Positions 1 to 7,107 of a stretch of 32,000 nucleotides of DNA are shown here, piece by piece. Within the stretch, counting starts at the first letter, position 1. Every line of letters starts with the position of its first letter. The notes under the pieces were generated by a model, which was not told the origin of the DNA, did no database searches, and worked only from the letters and a program-made list of their open reading frames with translations. The translations under genes and the position numbers were made by a program. The DNA is from Nitrosopumilus sp. (lineage in GTDB: Archaea > Thermoproteota > Nitrososphaeria > Nitrososphaerales > Nitrosopumilaceae), in contig OZ245040.1 in assembly GCA_965224195.1 (NCBI GenBank), forward strand, positions 287,312 to 319,311. Direction: 5' to 3'.

Positions 1-151
1 AATTTTTAAAAAAACATACAAGCTGGAAAAATCTTGAAAGAAATAGTAAAAGTGGTTTCCGTGTCCTAGCAGAACTTTACTCACCTTGTGTGGAGAATAG
101 AGAAACCATTATTCAACAAGTAATCATAGTAAATAAACTGATCTAGTTAGG

Positions 152-235
152 CGTAGAGAGCGGGATTTGAATCCACGGGTCTGCTAGGACACTTGCTCTT
201 AAGGCGAGCGCATTACCATGCTCTGCCATCTCTAC
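152..235 (-). tRNA. tRNA-Leu(UAA), class II (long variable arm); possibly weakened or pseudo copy
   Basis: The reverse complement GTAGAGA-TG-GCA-GAGCATGGTAA-TGC-G-CTCGC-CTTAAGA-GCAAG-(15-nt variable arm)-GTGGA-TTCAAAT-CCCGC-TCTCTAC-G folds as a cloverleaf with a 7-bp acceptor stem and anticodon TAA. Stem pairs 29:41 and 53:61 are C-A / A-C mismatches. Confidence 0.75.
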
Positions 236-257
236 AAGAACATTCATGGATTACAGC

Positions 258-263
258 TATTTA
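258..263 (-). promoter_or_regulatory. TATA-like box (TAAATA) upstream of tRNA-Leu
   Basis: Minus-strand TAAATA starts 28 nt upstream of the tRNA 5' end at 235, a spacing typical of archaeal TATA boxes. Confidence 0.35.
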
Positions 264-497
264 GTAGTAGATTCAACAATTATTGAATGTCAATAAAAAA
301 TAAGAATAATGATTGATCGCCTTTGTATTCATCATTATTTGGGTTCAGTTAGTCTGAATGATCATCACTATCAGATTGTTTGTCCATTGAGATCCTATAG
401 CATTACAAAGGATATGACTGGATATCATAGTTTGAACTAAAAAAATCATGAAAAAACAGAAATTCCTAGTACACCTAAAAAAACTACAGAGCAAGAA

Positions 498-1086
498 TAG
501 ACCTCTTGCATAATTAGAAACAAAATACCATCTTTCATTCTTGACAGATTCTAATTTTATGAAATTGCCATGAATTCTTCTCTCCATTTTATCTTGAAAT
601 TAATAATTCCACAAACAATGTCACTTGTTCCATCATATCTGCACAATCTATTCCTAAATGTTTCTGAATTGATTCTAAATTTCTTTATTCTACTAATTGC
701 ATGTTCTACTTTTATTCTGATTTTACTTTGTAACTTGTTCCAATCCTTTTGAGATGCAGTCAACTCTTTTCCTTTTTTTCTCTTGTATGGTAAGATGCTA
801 GTTTGTTTTGGGAAATCTTTCTCAACACCCAAATATCCAAGATCATAAAATACCATTAAATCTTCAGATAAAACAGGATATTTTATTTTCAGTATTGCGT
901 AATCATTTCTTCGTCCAAGGGAATGTGGAGGTTTGTGAATAATCTCACCATTCAGGTTAATCGTAATTTGATTTTTGATTGTATGTCTTTTCTTTTTGCC
1001 TGAATAGTGAGTTTTTCTCTTCTTCTTATTTTTTAGTCTTGGGATTTGCTGTTCTGTTCCATCAGTAATTGCAATCAGTTCAGGAA
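498..1086 (-). mobile_element. Arm A: 3' ~530 bp of a DDE (DDE_Tnp_4 / IS5-Harbinger-like) transposase gene plus 59 bp downstream
   Basis: Exact reverse complement of 1907-2495. The ORF 557-856 protein is identical to the C-terminus of ORF 1807-2436. Confidence 0.9.
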
Positions 1087-1129
1087 AGAATTCCTGCAGT
1101 TGCTGTATGTCGTTAATCTTTTTTGAATG
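557..1129 (-). pseudogene. DDE transposase fragment lacking a usable start codon and N-terminal domain
   Basis: The frame is open from the TAA at 1130-1132 to the stop at 557-559. It encodes ...PELIAITDGTEQQ...YSGKKKRHT...YDLGYLG...KVEHAISRIKKFRI. There is no ATG/GTG/TTG upstream of the internal Met at 856. Further upstream the same frame has three stops within about 30 nt. Confidence 0.7.
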
Positions 1130-1304
1130 TTATGTTATCTGATACTTTGGTCAAAACTAGGCTGGATTTTCAACTGATGGTAAATTCGGGTGACAGAGTG
1201 GTTCAGTTAGGGTTACCAACGCCTTAACATTGCAAAGCTGACAACAAACAACCTCTCTTTTTTTATTTTAAAATGTTAAAATACAACTATACTAAATTAT
1301 TATT

Positions 1305-1448
1305 ATGGCATCAAAGCGCATAACCATTATGATTGATGAGAAAAATCACGCCAAAATACGTAAAATTCAGGCTAAGAGAATTCTAAATGAGAATCGCGCT
1401 GTTAGTTTTTCTCAAGTCATTAATGATCAATTAGCAAAAAGTTTCTAA
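1305..1448 (+). CDS. 47-aa ribbon-helix-helix (CopG/Arc/MetJ-type) DNA-binding protein; below the ORF-track size cut-off
   Basis: Translation is MASKRITIMIDEKNHAKIRKIQAKRILNENRAVSFSQVINDQLAKSF. It has an N-terminal beta-strand (KRITIMID) followed by two short amphipathic helices. An AT-rich TATA-like stretch lies about 30-40 nt upstream, and a hairpin plus T5 follows directly downstream. Confidence 0.65.
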   Translation: MASKRITIMIDEKNHAKIRKIQAKRILNENRAVSFSQVINDQLAKSF

Positions 1449-1461
1449 AAATCTAGTTTCT

Positions 1462-1488
1462 GTGTATGGTATAATCCATACACTTTTT
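1462..1488 (+). terminator. Perfect 8-bp hairpin (GTGTATGG-TATAAT-CCATACAC) followed by TTTTT
   Basis: Seen directly, 14 nt after the RHH stop codon. T-runs act as archaeal termination signals. Confidence 0.5.
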
Positions 1489-1648
1489 GTAAAATACCTC
1501 AGTTAATTTATTGTTCTCCAATGATTTTATTTTAGTATGTACTTTTATGAAAACTATATTCTGTCTGATGCGTAAAAGTCATGCCTCAGTACATTGCACA
1601 GATGTCAATCCAAAATAGTTAAATCACGCATACGGATCACCCCAAGCC

Positions 1649-1810
1649 ATGATGTGTGATATATGCCAAAAAGAGATAGGTGGGGCAGCACCGCACTTTT
1701 ACATCCACTTTACTACCAAGATGGACGGCATGCATGATCTGTCAAAACGAAGAGTAAAAAAGATTATGAAGCGCAAGTTTCCCCAAGATCTATTCACTAA
1801 AAAATTATGA
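1649..1810 (+). CDS. Hypothetical 53-aa basic protein (MMCDICQKEIGG...KRRVKKIMKRKF...)
   Basis: An ATG-initiated ORF in the higher-GC spacer. Its TGA overlaps the ATG of ORF 1807-2436 (ATGA). I recognise no family. Confidence 0.3.
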   Translation: MMCDICQKEIGGAAPHFYIHFTTKMDGMHDLSKRRVKKIMKRKFPQDLFTKKL

Positions 1811-2436
1811 ATGCAATACGTAAAACAGTCTGGAAGGGATCAGATAGGCAATGTAGCATCAGCGGCAGCAGAACGCAGACCCGTAAGTTACAACACATCT
1901 TACGCATTCCTGAACTGATTGCAATTACTGATGGAACAGAACAGCAAATCCCAAGACTAAAAAATAAGAAGAAGAGAAAAACTCACTATTCAGGCAAAAA
2001 GAAAAGACATACAATCAAAAATCAAATTACGATTAACCTGAATGGTGAGATTATTCACAAACCTCCACATTCCCTTGGACGAAGAAATGATTACGCAATA
2101 CTGAAAATAAAATATCCTGTTTTATCTGAAGATTTAATGGTATTTTATGATCTTGGATATTTGGGTGTTGAGAAAGATTTCCCAAAACAAACTAGCATCT
2201 TACCATACAAGAGAAAAAAAGGAAAAGAGTTGACTGCATCTCAAAAGGATTGGAACAAGTTACAAAGTAAAATCAGAATAAAAGTAGAACATGCAATTAG
2301 TAGAATAAAGAAATTTAGAATCAATTCAGAAACATTTAGGAATAGATTGTGCAGATATGATGGAACAAGTGACATTGTTTGTGGAATTATTAATTTCAAG
2401 ATAAAATGGAGAGAAGAATTCATGGCAATTTCATAA
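1807..2436 (+). CDS. DDE transposase (DDE_Tnp_4 / IS5-Harbinger-like catalytic domain) with a chimeric, unrelated 33-codon 5' end
   Basis: Motifs are AITDGTEQQIPR (first Asp), YSGKKKRHTIKNQ, YDLGYLG (second Asp) and RIKVEHAISRIKKFRI (Glu). The first 33 codons lie outside the repeat, and there is no HTH-like N-terminal region. Confidence 0.7.
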   Translation: MNAIRKTVWKGSDRQCSISGSRTQTRKLQHILRIPELIAITDGTEQQIPRLKNKKKRKTHYSGKKKRHTIKNQITINLNGEIIHKPPHSLGRRNDYAILKIKYPVLSEDLMVFYDLGYLGVEKDFPKQTSILPYKRKKGKELTASQKDWNKLQSKIRIKVEHAISRIKKFRINSETFRNRLCRYDGTSDIVCGIINFKIKWREEFMAIS

Positions 2437-2495
2437 AATTAGAATCTGTCAAGAATGAAAGATGGTATTTTGTTTCTAATTATGCAAGAGGTCTA
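1907..2495 (+). mobile_element. Arm B of the inverted duplication (identical to arm A)
   Basis: Exact reverse complement of 498-1086. Its outer end at 2495 interrupts the reading frame of the surface-protein gene. Confidence 0.9.
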
Positions 2496-3181
2496 CCAAA
2501 GTTTGTTGCATTATTTGGTGAGACAGTTGAGCTTATACCATTAAGGTTAGTTAGGATAGAATCATCGTTATCTGCAATGGTTAGTACTGCGTTAGCAGCA
2601 CCTTGTGCGTTAGTATCAATTAGAAGTCTACAGTTGTCTTCACACATTAGTGAATCTACTGTACCATCTATGTTGATTGCTGCACCACCACTTGCACCAT
2701 TTTCATCGAATACTTGGTAGTGTGCACCACGTGATGTGGCGTTATCTACGTTTGTACCAAATGTCCAAGAGTCTTCATCAGTTGGGTTAATGTTTAGCCA
2801 TGAGTCAGTAATTGTTGTGTGTATTTGTGATCCTTGAGGATATACAGTTCTATCTAAACTTGAACCGGCGAATTCGTCGACATCATCAAAAGTAAGTGTT
2901 ACTGATTGAGCATTACCTGCTGGATTGTATTGTACGACTACGTCACCCTTGTCTGAGTTTAGAGGATAGAACTGAATAAATGGCCAAATTGAACTAGAAG
3001 CACCATCAGTTGCTACTGTGGTTTCGACTCCGATTTGTCCTACTGGCATGTTTGTATTTTCATTTACATCTTTTGATTCTCTCAAAACATTTTGTGTAAA
3101 TGCACCTGCTGCATTACCCGTGACACAAGCTGCAGCGATGTCACCACCAGTTGCGCTTCCATCGGTTAATTCTGTGGTCAT
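2480..3181 (-). pseudogene. Distal part of a secreted surface protein, 3'-truncated by transposase arm B
   Basis: The 233-aa ORF is rich in T/G/A/D/N. Genuine coding ends at 2496 (...NATNFG). The last four codons and the stop (RPLA*) are supplied by repeat sequence 2480-2495. Confidence 0.7.
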
Positions 3182-3642
3182 TTGAGAGCGTTTGCAAATG
3201 CGACACCAACGGTATCACCAAATGAAACGGCTGATAGAGTACCTGCAGATGTTGCACTACAGAATACACCAAAGTCTAATCCAGCGCCAGCATTACCTGC
3301 TGCAGTTGAATCGGCTATTTGTGCTTGATCTCTATCGGCGAAGTAACCATACCAGTTACCATCAATACCTTGAACCATTCTCAGGATCTTACCGTTGATT
3401 GTAACGTCTGGCTCACCTTTTCCCTCGTCAGTATCATTAATATTAGAATCAATTATGACTACCTCAATTACTTGAGGTCCTGACATGTAATTGCCAAAGT
3501 CTGAGTTTTCTGCGGAAACAAATAGGTTAGCGTTGGTTGCAAATGCTGGTTCCATTCCTGGAACTGCAAATGTTAAACCACCGGCTAACATAATTGTCAT
3601 TAATGTAAGACTAGTTATTTTACGTCCTATTTCGTTATTCAT
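3178..3642 (-). CDS. N-terminal part of the secreted surface protein (signal peptide plus first domain); S-layer-like is a guess
   Basis: The N-terminus MNNEIGRKITSLTLMTIMLAGGLTFAVPGMEPAFA has a basic n-region, a hydrophobic core and an A-x-A-like cleavage site. Its stop overlaps the next ORF's ATG (ATGA), and composition is the same in both ORFs. Confidence 0.65.
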   Translation of the reverse strand: MNNEIGRKITSLTLMTIMLAGGLTFAVPGMEPAFATNANLFVSAENSDFGNYMSGPQVIEVVIIDSNINDTDEGKGEPDVTINGKILRMVQGIDGNWYGYFADRDQAQIADSTAAGNAGAGLDFGVFCSATSAGTLSAVSFGDTVGVAFANALK

Positions 3643-3857
3643 GTTATTGATATTTTTCTTAAAAATTAGTATAAAATGCTAATAGACGAATTGTCCACAA
3701 TTATCAGTTTTTTTGTAATTATTTTAGTAAATATCTAAATTTATTCAAATTTTTATATTATTTAATCATAATAAATACAGTTTATCATATGAAATAGAAA
3801 ATGATCCTTAAATTTTATATGTTTTATGTATGATTTATGAAATTTTTGTAGCCTATT

Positions 3858-5189
3858 TTATGCCTTGATCTCTTGTCCTAGTAGAGTTTTGTATAATGAT
3901 ATAGCATCAGATTCATCTTTTGGTCCTACAACAACAGCTGATCCTTTTTTCATGAAACTGACAGATAATTCATTTGTTCTCAAAGATAATCCCAAGTCGC
4001 CCTGATTATCAATTATGAATCCTTTTTCTTTTCCAATTGCAGTAACACCATTAACATCAAGATCAAATGTTTGTGTAGGTGTAATAGAATAAGTTCTCTT
4101 ACCGCGATTACGTCCACACAATTCTTCTAAAATTAATTCTTCTTTTTCTACAACATCTAGTTTTCCTGTTCCACATATTGGACATTCTTCAGCTTTGAAT
4201 GTTCTAGTACTGTTAAAGTCTAAATTTTCCAAATCAATATGTAAAATTCTTTCAGAAAGATTAGGGATTTTTCCAGTAATTATTTTGACTGCTTCTGCAA
4301 CTTCAATTGCACCAACAATAGAAAGTATTGGTGGATGAACTCCTTCAATACTACATGTCGGCATTGAATCTTCATCAAGTGATGGAAACATGCAATAATA
4401 ACACGCAGATTTTTTTGGTAAAACAGTAAAAACTTGTCCAGATGTTCCAACTGCAGCTCCTGTAACAAATGGAATTCCATAATTTACGCAAGCTTTGTTT
4501 AATGCATATCTTGCATTTACACTGTCAAGTGCATCAATTACTATGTCACATCCTTCAACAACTTCTAATGCAGTATAATCATTTACAGATACAGCTAGAG
4601 CTTCAATTTTACAATCAGGATTTAATTTCTGTAATTTTTTCGCAGCAACCTCAACTTTAACTTGACCGACATCATCTTCATCAAACATCATTTGTCTATG
4701 TAAATTAGATAATTCTATTACATCTCTATCAACAATACGTAAAGTTCCAACACCCATTGTAGCTAATCTAGATATTATTGGATGACCTAAACCTCCAGTT
4801 CCAACAATACAAACTTTAGAATTTTTCAATTTTAATTGTCCGGCGTATCCAATTTCTTCAAGCATTACTTGTCGTGAGAATTTATCAAGTTCTTTTGGAG
4901 ATAACTCTTCAGAGCCACCTGCAACTGCAGGTAATATGTAAACTTCATCACCATCTTTTAGAGCAGTTTCCATACCGCTAGAAAACTTTGCATTCTTTCC
5001 ATTGATGTAGATATTTATCAATGAGCGTGGCGTTCCATCACCTTCCAAAACTCTACGCTTAAAATCATCACCCATAATTTCTGAAATTTTTGCAAATGCA
5101 TCAGTAAGAGAATCAGATGAGATCTCAGTTTTCTTCTCTCCTCCACTTTGATTTAGTACAGACGGAATTGTAAATGTGATATTGGCCAT
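3858..5189 (-). CDS. Fusion protein: SAMP/MoaD/ThiS-like ubiquitin-fold domain (aa 1-93, ending AVAGG), E1-like MoeB/ThiF/UbaA adenylyltransferase, and an uncharacterised ~100-aa C-terminal domain
   Basis: The Ubl end is INIYINGKN...LKDGDEVYILPAVAGG. E1 motifs are IVGTGGLG, RIVDRDVIELSNLHRQ, two CxxC pairs (CYYC, CPIC) and the active-site-like TCSIEGV. Confidence 0.8.
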   Translation of the reverse strand: MANITFTIPSVLNQSGGEKKTEISSDSLTDAFAKISEIMGDDFKRRVLEGDGTPRSLINIYINGKNAKFSSGMETALKDGDEVYILPAVAGGSEELSPKELDKFSRQVMLEEIGYAGQLKLKNSKVCIVGTGGLGHPIISRLATMGVGTLRIVDRDVIELSNLHRQMMFDEDDVGQVKVEVAAKKLQKLNPDCKIEALAVSVNDYTALEVVEGCDIVIDALDSVNARYALNKACVNYGIPFVTGAAVGTSGQVFTVLPKKSACYYCMFPSLDEDSMPTCSIEGVHPPILSIVGAIEVAEAVKIITGKIPNLSERILHIDLENLDFNSTRTFKAEECPICGTGKLDVVEKEELILEELCGRNRGKRTYSITPTQTFDLDVNGVTAIGKEKGFIIDNQGDLGLSLRTNELSVSFMKKGSAVVVGPKDESDAISLYKTLLGQEIKA

Positions 5190-6409
5190 TAGTTTACTAC
5201 CGCCGATATTTCATTTACATCTGCTTTCATCACTCTTGGTTTTTGTAAAACTTCCATGATTGATTCGGTAGCCTTTAGACCATTACCAGTAACATAGCAT
5301 ACTACTTTGTCATTTCTATCAATTTTTCCTTGTTCAACCATTTTCTGAAGAACAGAGATAGAAACTCCACCTGCAGGTTCTGTAAATATTCCTTCAGTTT
5401 GCGCAAGAAGTAAAATTGCATCAAGGATTTCTTTGTTATTGCATTCTTCTGCAAATCCATTATACTGTTGTAATCGCTTCAAAACATATCGACCATCACC
5501 AGGATCACCTATTGCTAAACTCTTTGCAACAGTGTCAGGGTATTCAACTGGAATTACTTCTTTACTATTTTTCTTAAACGCATCAACTATTGGTGCACAT
5601 CCATGTGGTTGTGCTGCAATCATGTGCATATTTGAAACATTATCAAGTAGTGAGACGGTTTGTAATTCTTCGAATCCCTTACAAATAGCATTAAGCATTG
5701 CGCCACTTCCTACTGGAACTATAAGTTGATCAGGAACTTGCCAATCAAGTTGCTCTGCAACTTCAAATGAAAATGTTTTAGAACCTTCTACATAGTGTGA
5801 ACGCATGTTAATGTTTACTATACCAATTCCTTTACTGTCACCAATTTGTGCAGCTATGGTGTTGGCATCATCATATGTTCCATCAACTGCAATGTAATTT
5901 GCACCATAAGATAGTGCTTGTGTAATTTTTGCCATCTCAATATTACTTGGGGCAAATACATGACAAGGTAAATCTGCTTTAGCTGCATGTGCTGCAGTTG
6001 CAGATGCTAAATTACCAGTTGATGCACATCCAACTGATGTCAATCCAAATTCTTTAGCTTTAGATATTGCAACTCCAGCAGGCCTATCTTTGAATGAAAA
6101 TGTTGGATTTACCGAATCATTTTTTATGTAAAGATTGTTTAATCCTAATTTTTTTCCAAGGTTATCAGCCTTGATAAGAGGAGTCATTCCAGCTCCAATA
6201 CTTACAATGTTTGATTTTTCTTCTATTGGTAATAATTCAAAATATCGCCAATAGGTAGATTCGCGATTTGCAAATGTATCTTTTGTAATTATAGGAAAAT
6301 TATATTTTACATCGAGTGGTCCGAAACAGTCATCACAGATGTACTTGAAAGCAGTGTCATACTCTTTTTTACATTCTCTGCATTGTAGTGAAGTTCTAGT
6401 CAAGATCAA
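5189..6409 (-). CDS. thrC: Threonine-synthase-family PLP enzyme (ThrC-like) with an N-terminal zinc ribbon
   Basis: The zinc ribbon is CRECKKEY...CDDCFG, and the PLP lysine motif is NPTFSFKDRPAG. The full length resembles archaeal ThrC. The stop overlaps the ATG of the Ubl-E1 gene by 1 nt (TAATG). Confidence 0.75.
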   Translation of the reverse strand: MILTRTSLQCRECKKEYDTAFKYICDDCFGPLDVKYNFPIITKDTFANRESTYWRYFELLPIEEKSNIVSIGAGMTPLIKADNLGKKLGLNNLYIKNDSVNPTFSFKDRPAGVAISKAKEFGLTSVGCASTGNLASATAAHAAKADLPCHVFAPSNIEMAKITQALSYGANYIAVDGTYDDANTIAAQIGDSKGIGIVNINMRSHYVEGSKTFSFEVAEQLDWQVPDQLIVPVGSGAMLNAICKGFEELQTVSLLDNVSNMHMIAAQPHGCAPIVDAFKKNSKEVIPVEYPDTVAKSLAIGDPGDGRYVLKRLQQYNGFAEECNNKEILDAILLLAQTEGIFTEPAGGVSISVLQKMVEQGKIDRNDKVVCYVTGNGLKATESIMEVLQKPRVMKADVNEISAVVN

Positions 6410-6435
6410 TATCTCCTTTGCGAATATAGATAAAA

Positions 6436-6476
6436 AATCCTAATATCAAGTTAAGTAATACTTAATTTTAAGGATT
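6436..6476. promoter_or_regulatory. Nested palindrome (AATCCT...TTAAGTA-A-TACTTAA...AGGATT) in the divergent intergenic region
   Basis: A perfect 7-1-7 palindrome at 6451-6465 is flanked by AATCCT (6436-6441) and AGGATT (6471-6476). It lies about 40-60 nt upstream of the thrC-like start. Confidence 0.3.
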
Positions 6477-6600
6477 AAAAATATAGTGATGCATATTATT
6501 CATACGGGGAAAAATAGGAAAACAGAAGTTTAGAGTGTAAAAAAATCAAATTTTTGGAATTATGAGAAAGGTATTTAGATATTTTTGAAAGTGTATTTTC

Positions 6601-7107
6601 ATGAATAGTAAAATTGCAATTCCAATAGTTATCAGTATAATCATAGTGGCAGTTGGAATCTTTGCAATTACCAATCAAGAATCAAAAATAATTAAAGTTG
6701 AAGATACTATAAATGAAGAATTACAACCAACAGATGAAATTACTCCAGAGATTAAAGAAAAAATAGATGAAATAGAGAAAGTAAATTTAGAAAATGAATA
6801 TTCACCAAAAGACAGAGAATGGATCACTTCAGGACCATTTCAAATTGATCGTAGTGAATATATCTTAGGTGAGAAAATTTTTCTAAGAACATCAGGATTA
6901 GAATATAATGAAAAAGGTGAAACTGCATTTCTAAGACCTTTAAACAGTACACATTATTCGGTGTATCTTACTATTTCATTTGACGGTTTAGATAATGCAG
7001 TATATAATTATTATTTAGAACCACAACTTTCAAAATTAAAGGGGCATTGTACTGTAGATGATTTTATTGGAGATTGGTATTTAGAGGAACAAATTATCCC
7101 AATCTAG
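6601..7107 (+). CDS. Membrane-anchored hypothetical protein (single N-terminal TM helix)
   Basis: The N-terminus IAIPIVISIIIVAVGIFAI is hydrophobic and is followed by an acidic linker and a soluble domain. I recognise no family. Confidence 0.6.
   Translation: MNSKIAIPIVISIIIVAVGIFAITNQESKIIKVEDTINEELQPTDEITPEIKEKIDEIEKVNLENEYSPKDREWITSGPFQIDRSEYILGEKIFLRTSGLEYNEKGETAFLRPLNSTHYSVYLTISFDGLDNAVYNYYLEPQLSKLKGHCTVDDFIGDWYLEEQIIPI

Larger units (their letters stand above)
498..2495. repeat. Foldback structure: two perfect 589-bp inverted-repeat arms (498-1086, 1907-2495) separated by an 820-bp spacer (1087-1906)
   Basis: Base-by-base comparison shows paired positions sum to 2993. Identity breaks sharply at 497/2496 and 1087/1906. 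Mirrored ORFs in the track (557-856 vs 2137-2436, 570-752 vs 2241-2423) are identical. Confidence 0.9.

Noticed and set aside
61-192. 13-nt inverted match GTGTCCTAGCAGA (61-73) to the variable-arm region of tRNA-Leu (180-192), considered as an att-site remnant
   Set aside because: Integrase att duplications are direct repeats of the tRNA 3' part, whereas this one is inverted and internal to the tRNA. Similarity does not extend beyond 13 nt on either side, so I cannot distinguish it from chance or a small hairpin.
329-368. C/D-box sRNA-like motifs on the minus strand (GTGATGA - 13 nt - CTGA - 9 nt - ATGATGA), upstream of tRNA-Leu and followed by a T-run
   Set aside because: No terminal D box (CUGA) follows the second C-like box at the required ~12-nt spacing; the sequence there is TCAA. 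The first guide spacing is 13 nt rather than 12, and no terminal stem is evident. It is worth a covariance-model scan but is not supportable by eye.
345-587. 80-aa ORF (and its mirror at 2406-2720) starting inside the repeat and running into flanking DNA
   Set aside because: Both start at the same repeat-internal ATG, antisense to the transposase 3' end, and simply read out across the repeat boundary into unrelated sequence. The composition is low-complexity and Cys/Phe-rich, and 2406-2720 is antisense to the surface-protein gene.
570-752. 60-aa ORF antisense to the transposase (mirror copy at 2241-2423)
   Set aside because: A hydrophobic, Leu/Ile/Phe-rich mirror ORF of AT-rich coding sequence. 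It is fully contained within the much better supported transposase frame.
342-1210. 11-nt direct repeat GGTTCAGTTAG at 342-352 and 1200-1210 bracketing arm A, considered as a target-site duplication of a longer IS
   Set aside because: The sequences just inside the two copies show no inverted-repeat relationship. An 11-bp duplication is atypical for this transposase family, and 11-mers recur by chance in a 32-kb window.
1186-1245. tRNA-like fragment in the spacer (GGTTCAGTTAGGGTTACC...CGCCTTAAC shares CGCCTTAA with the tRNA-Leu anticodon region)
   Set aside because: No cloverleaf can be drawn. The potential anticodon stem has a 6-nt loop and a mismatch, and no acceptor or T arm is present.
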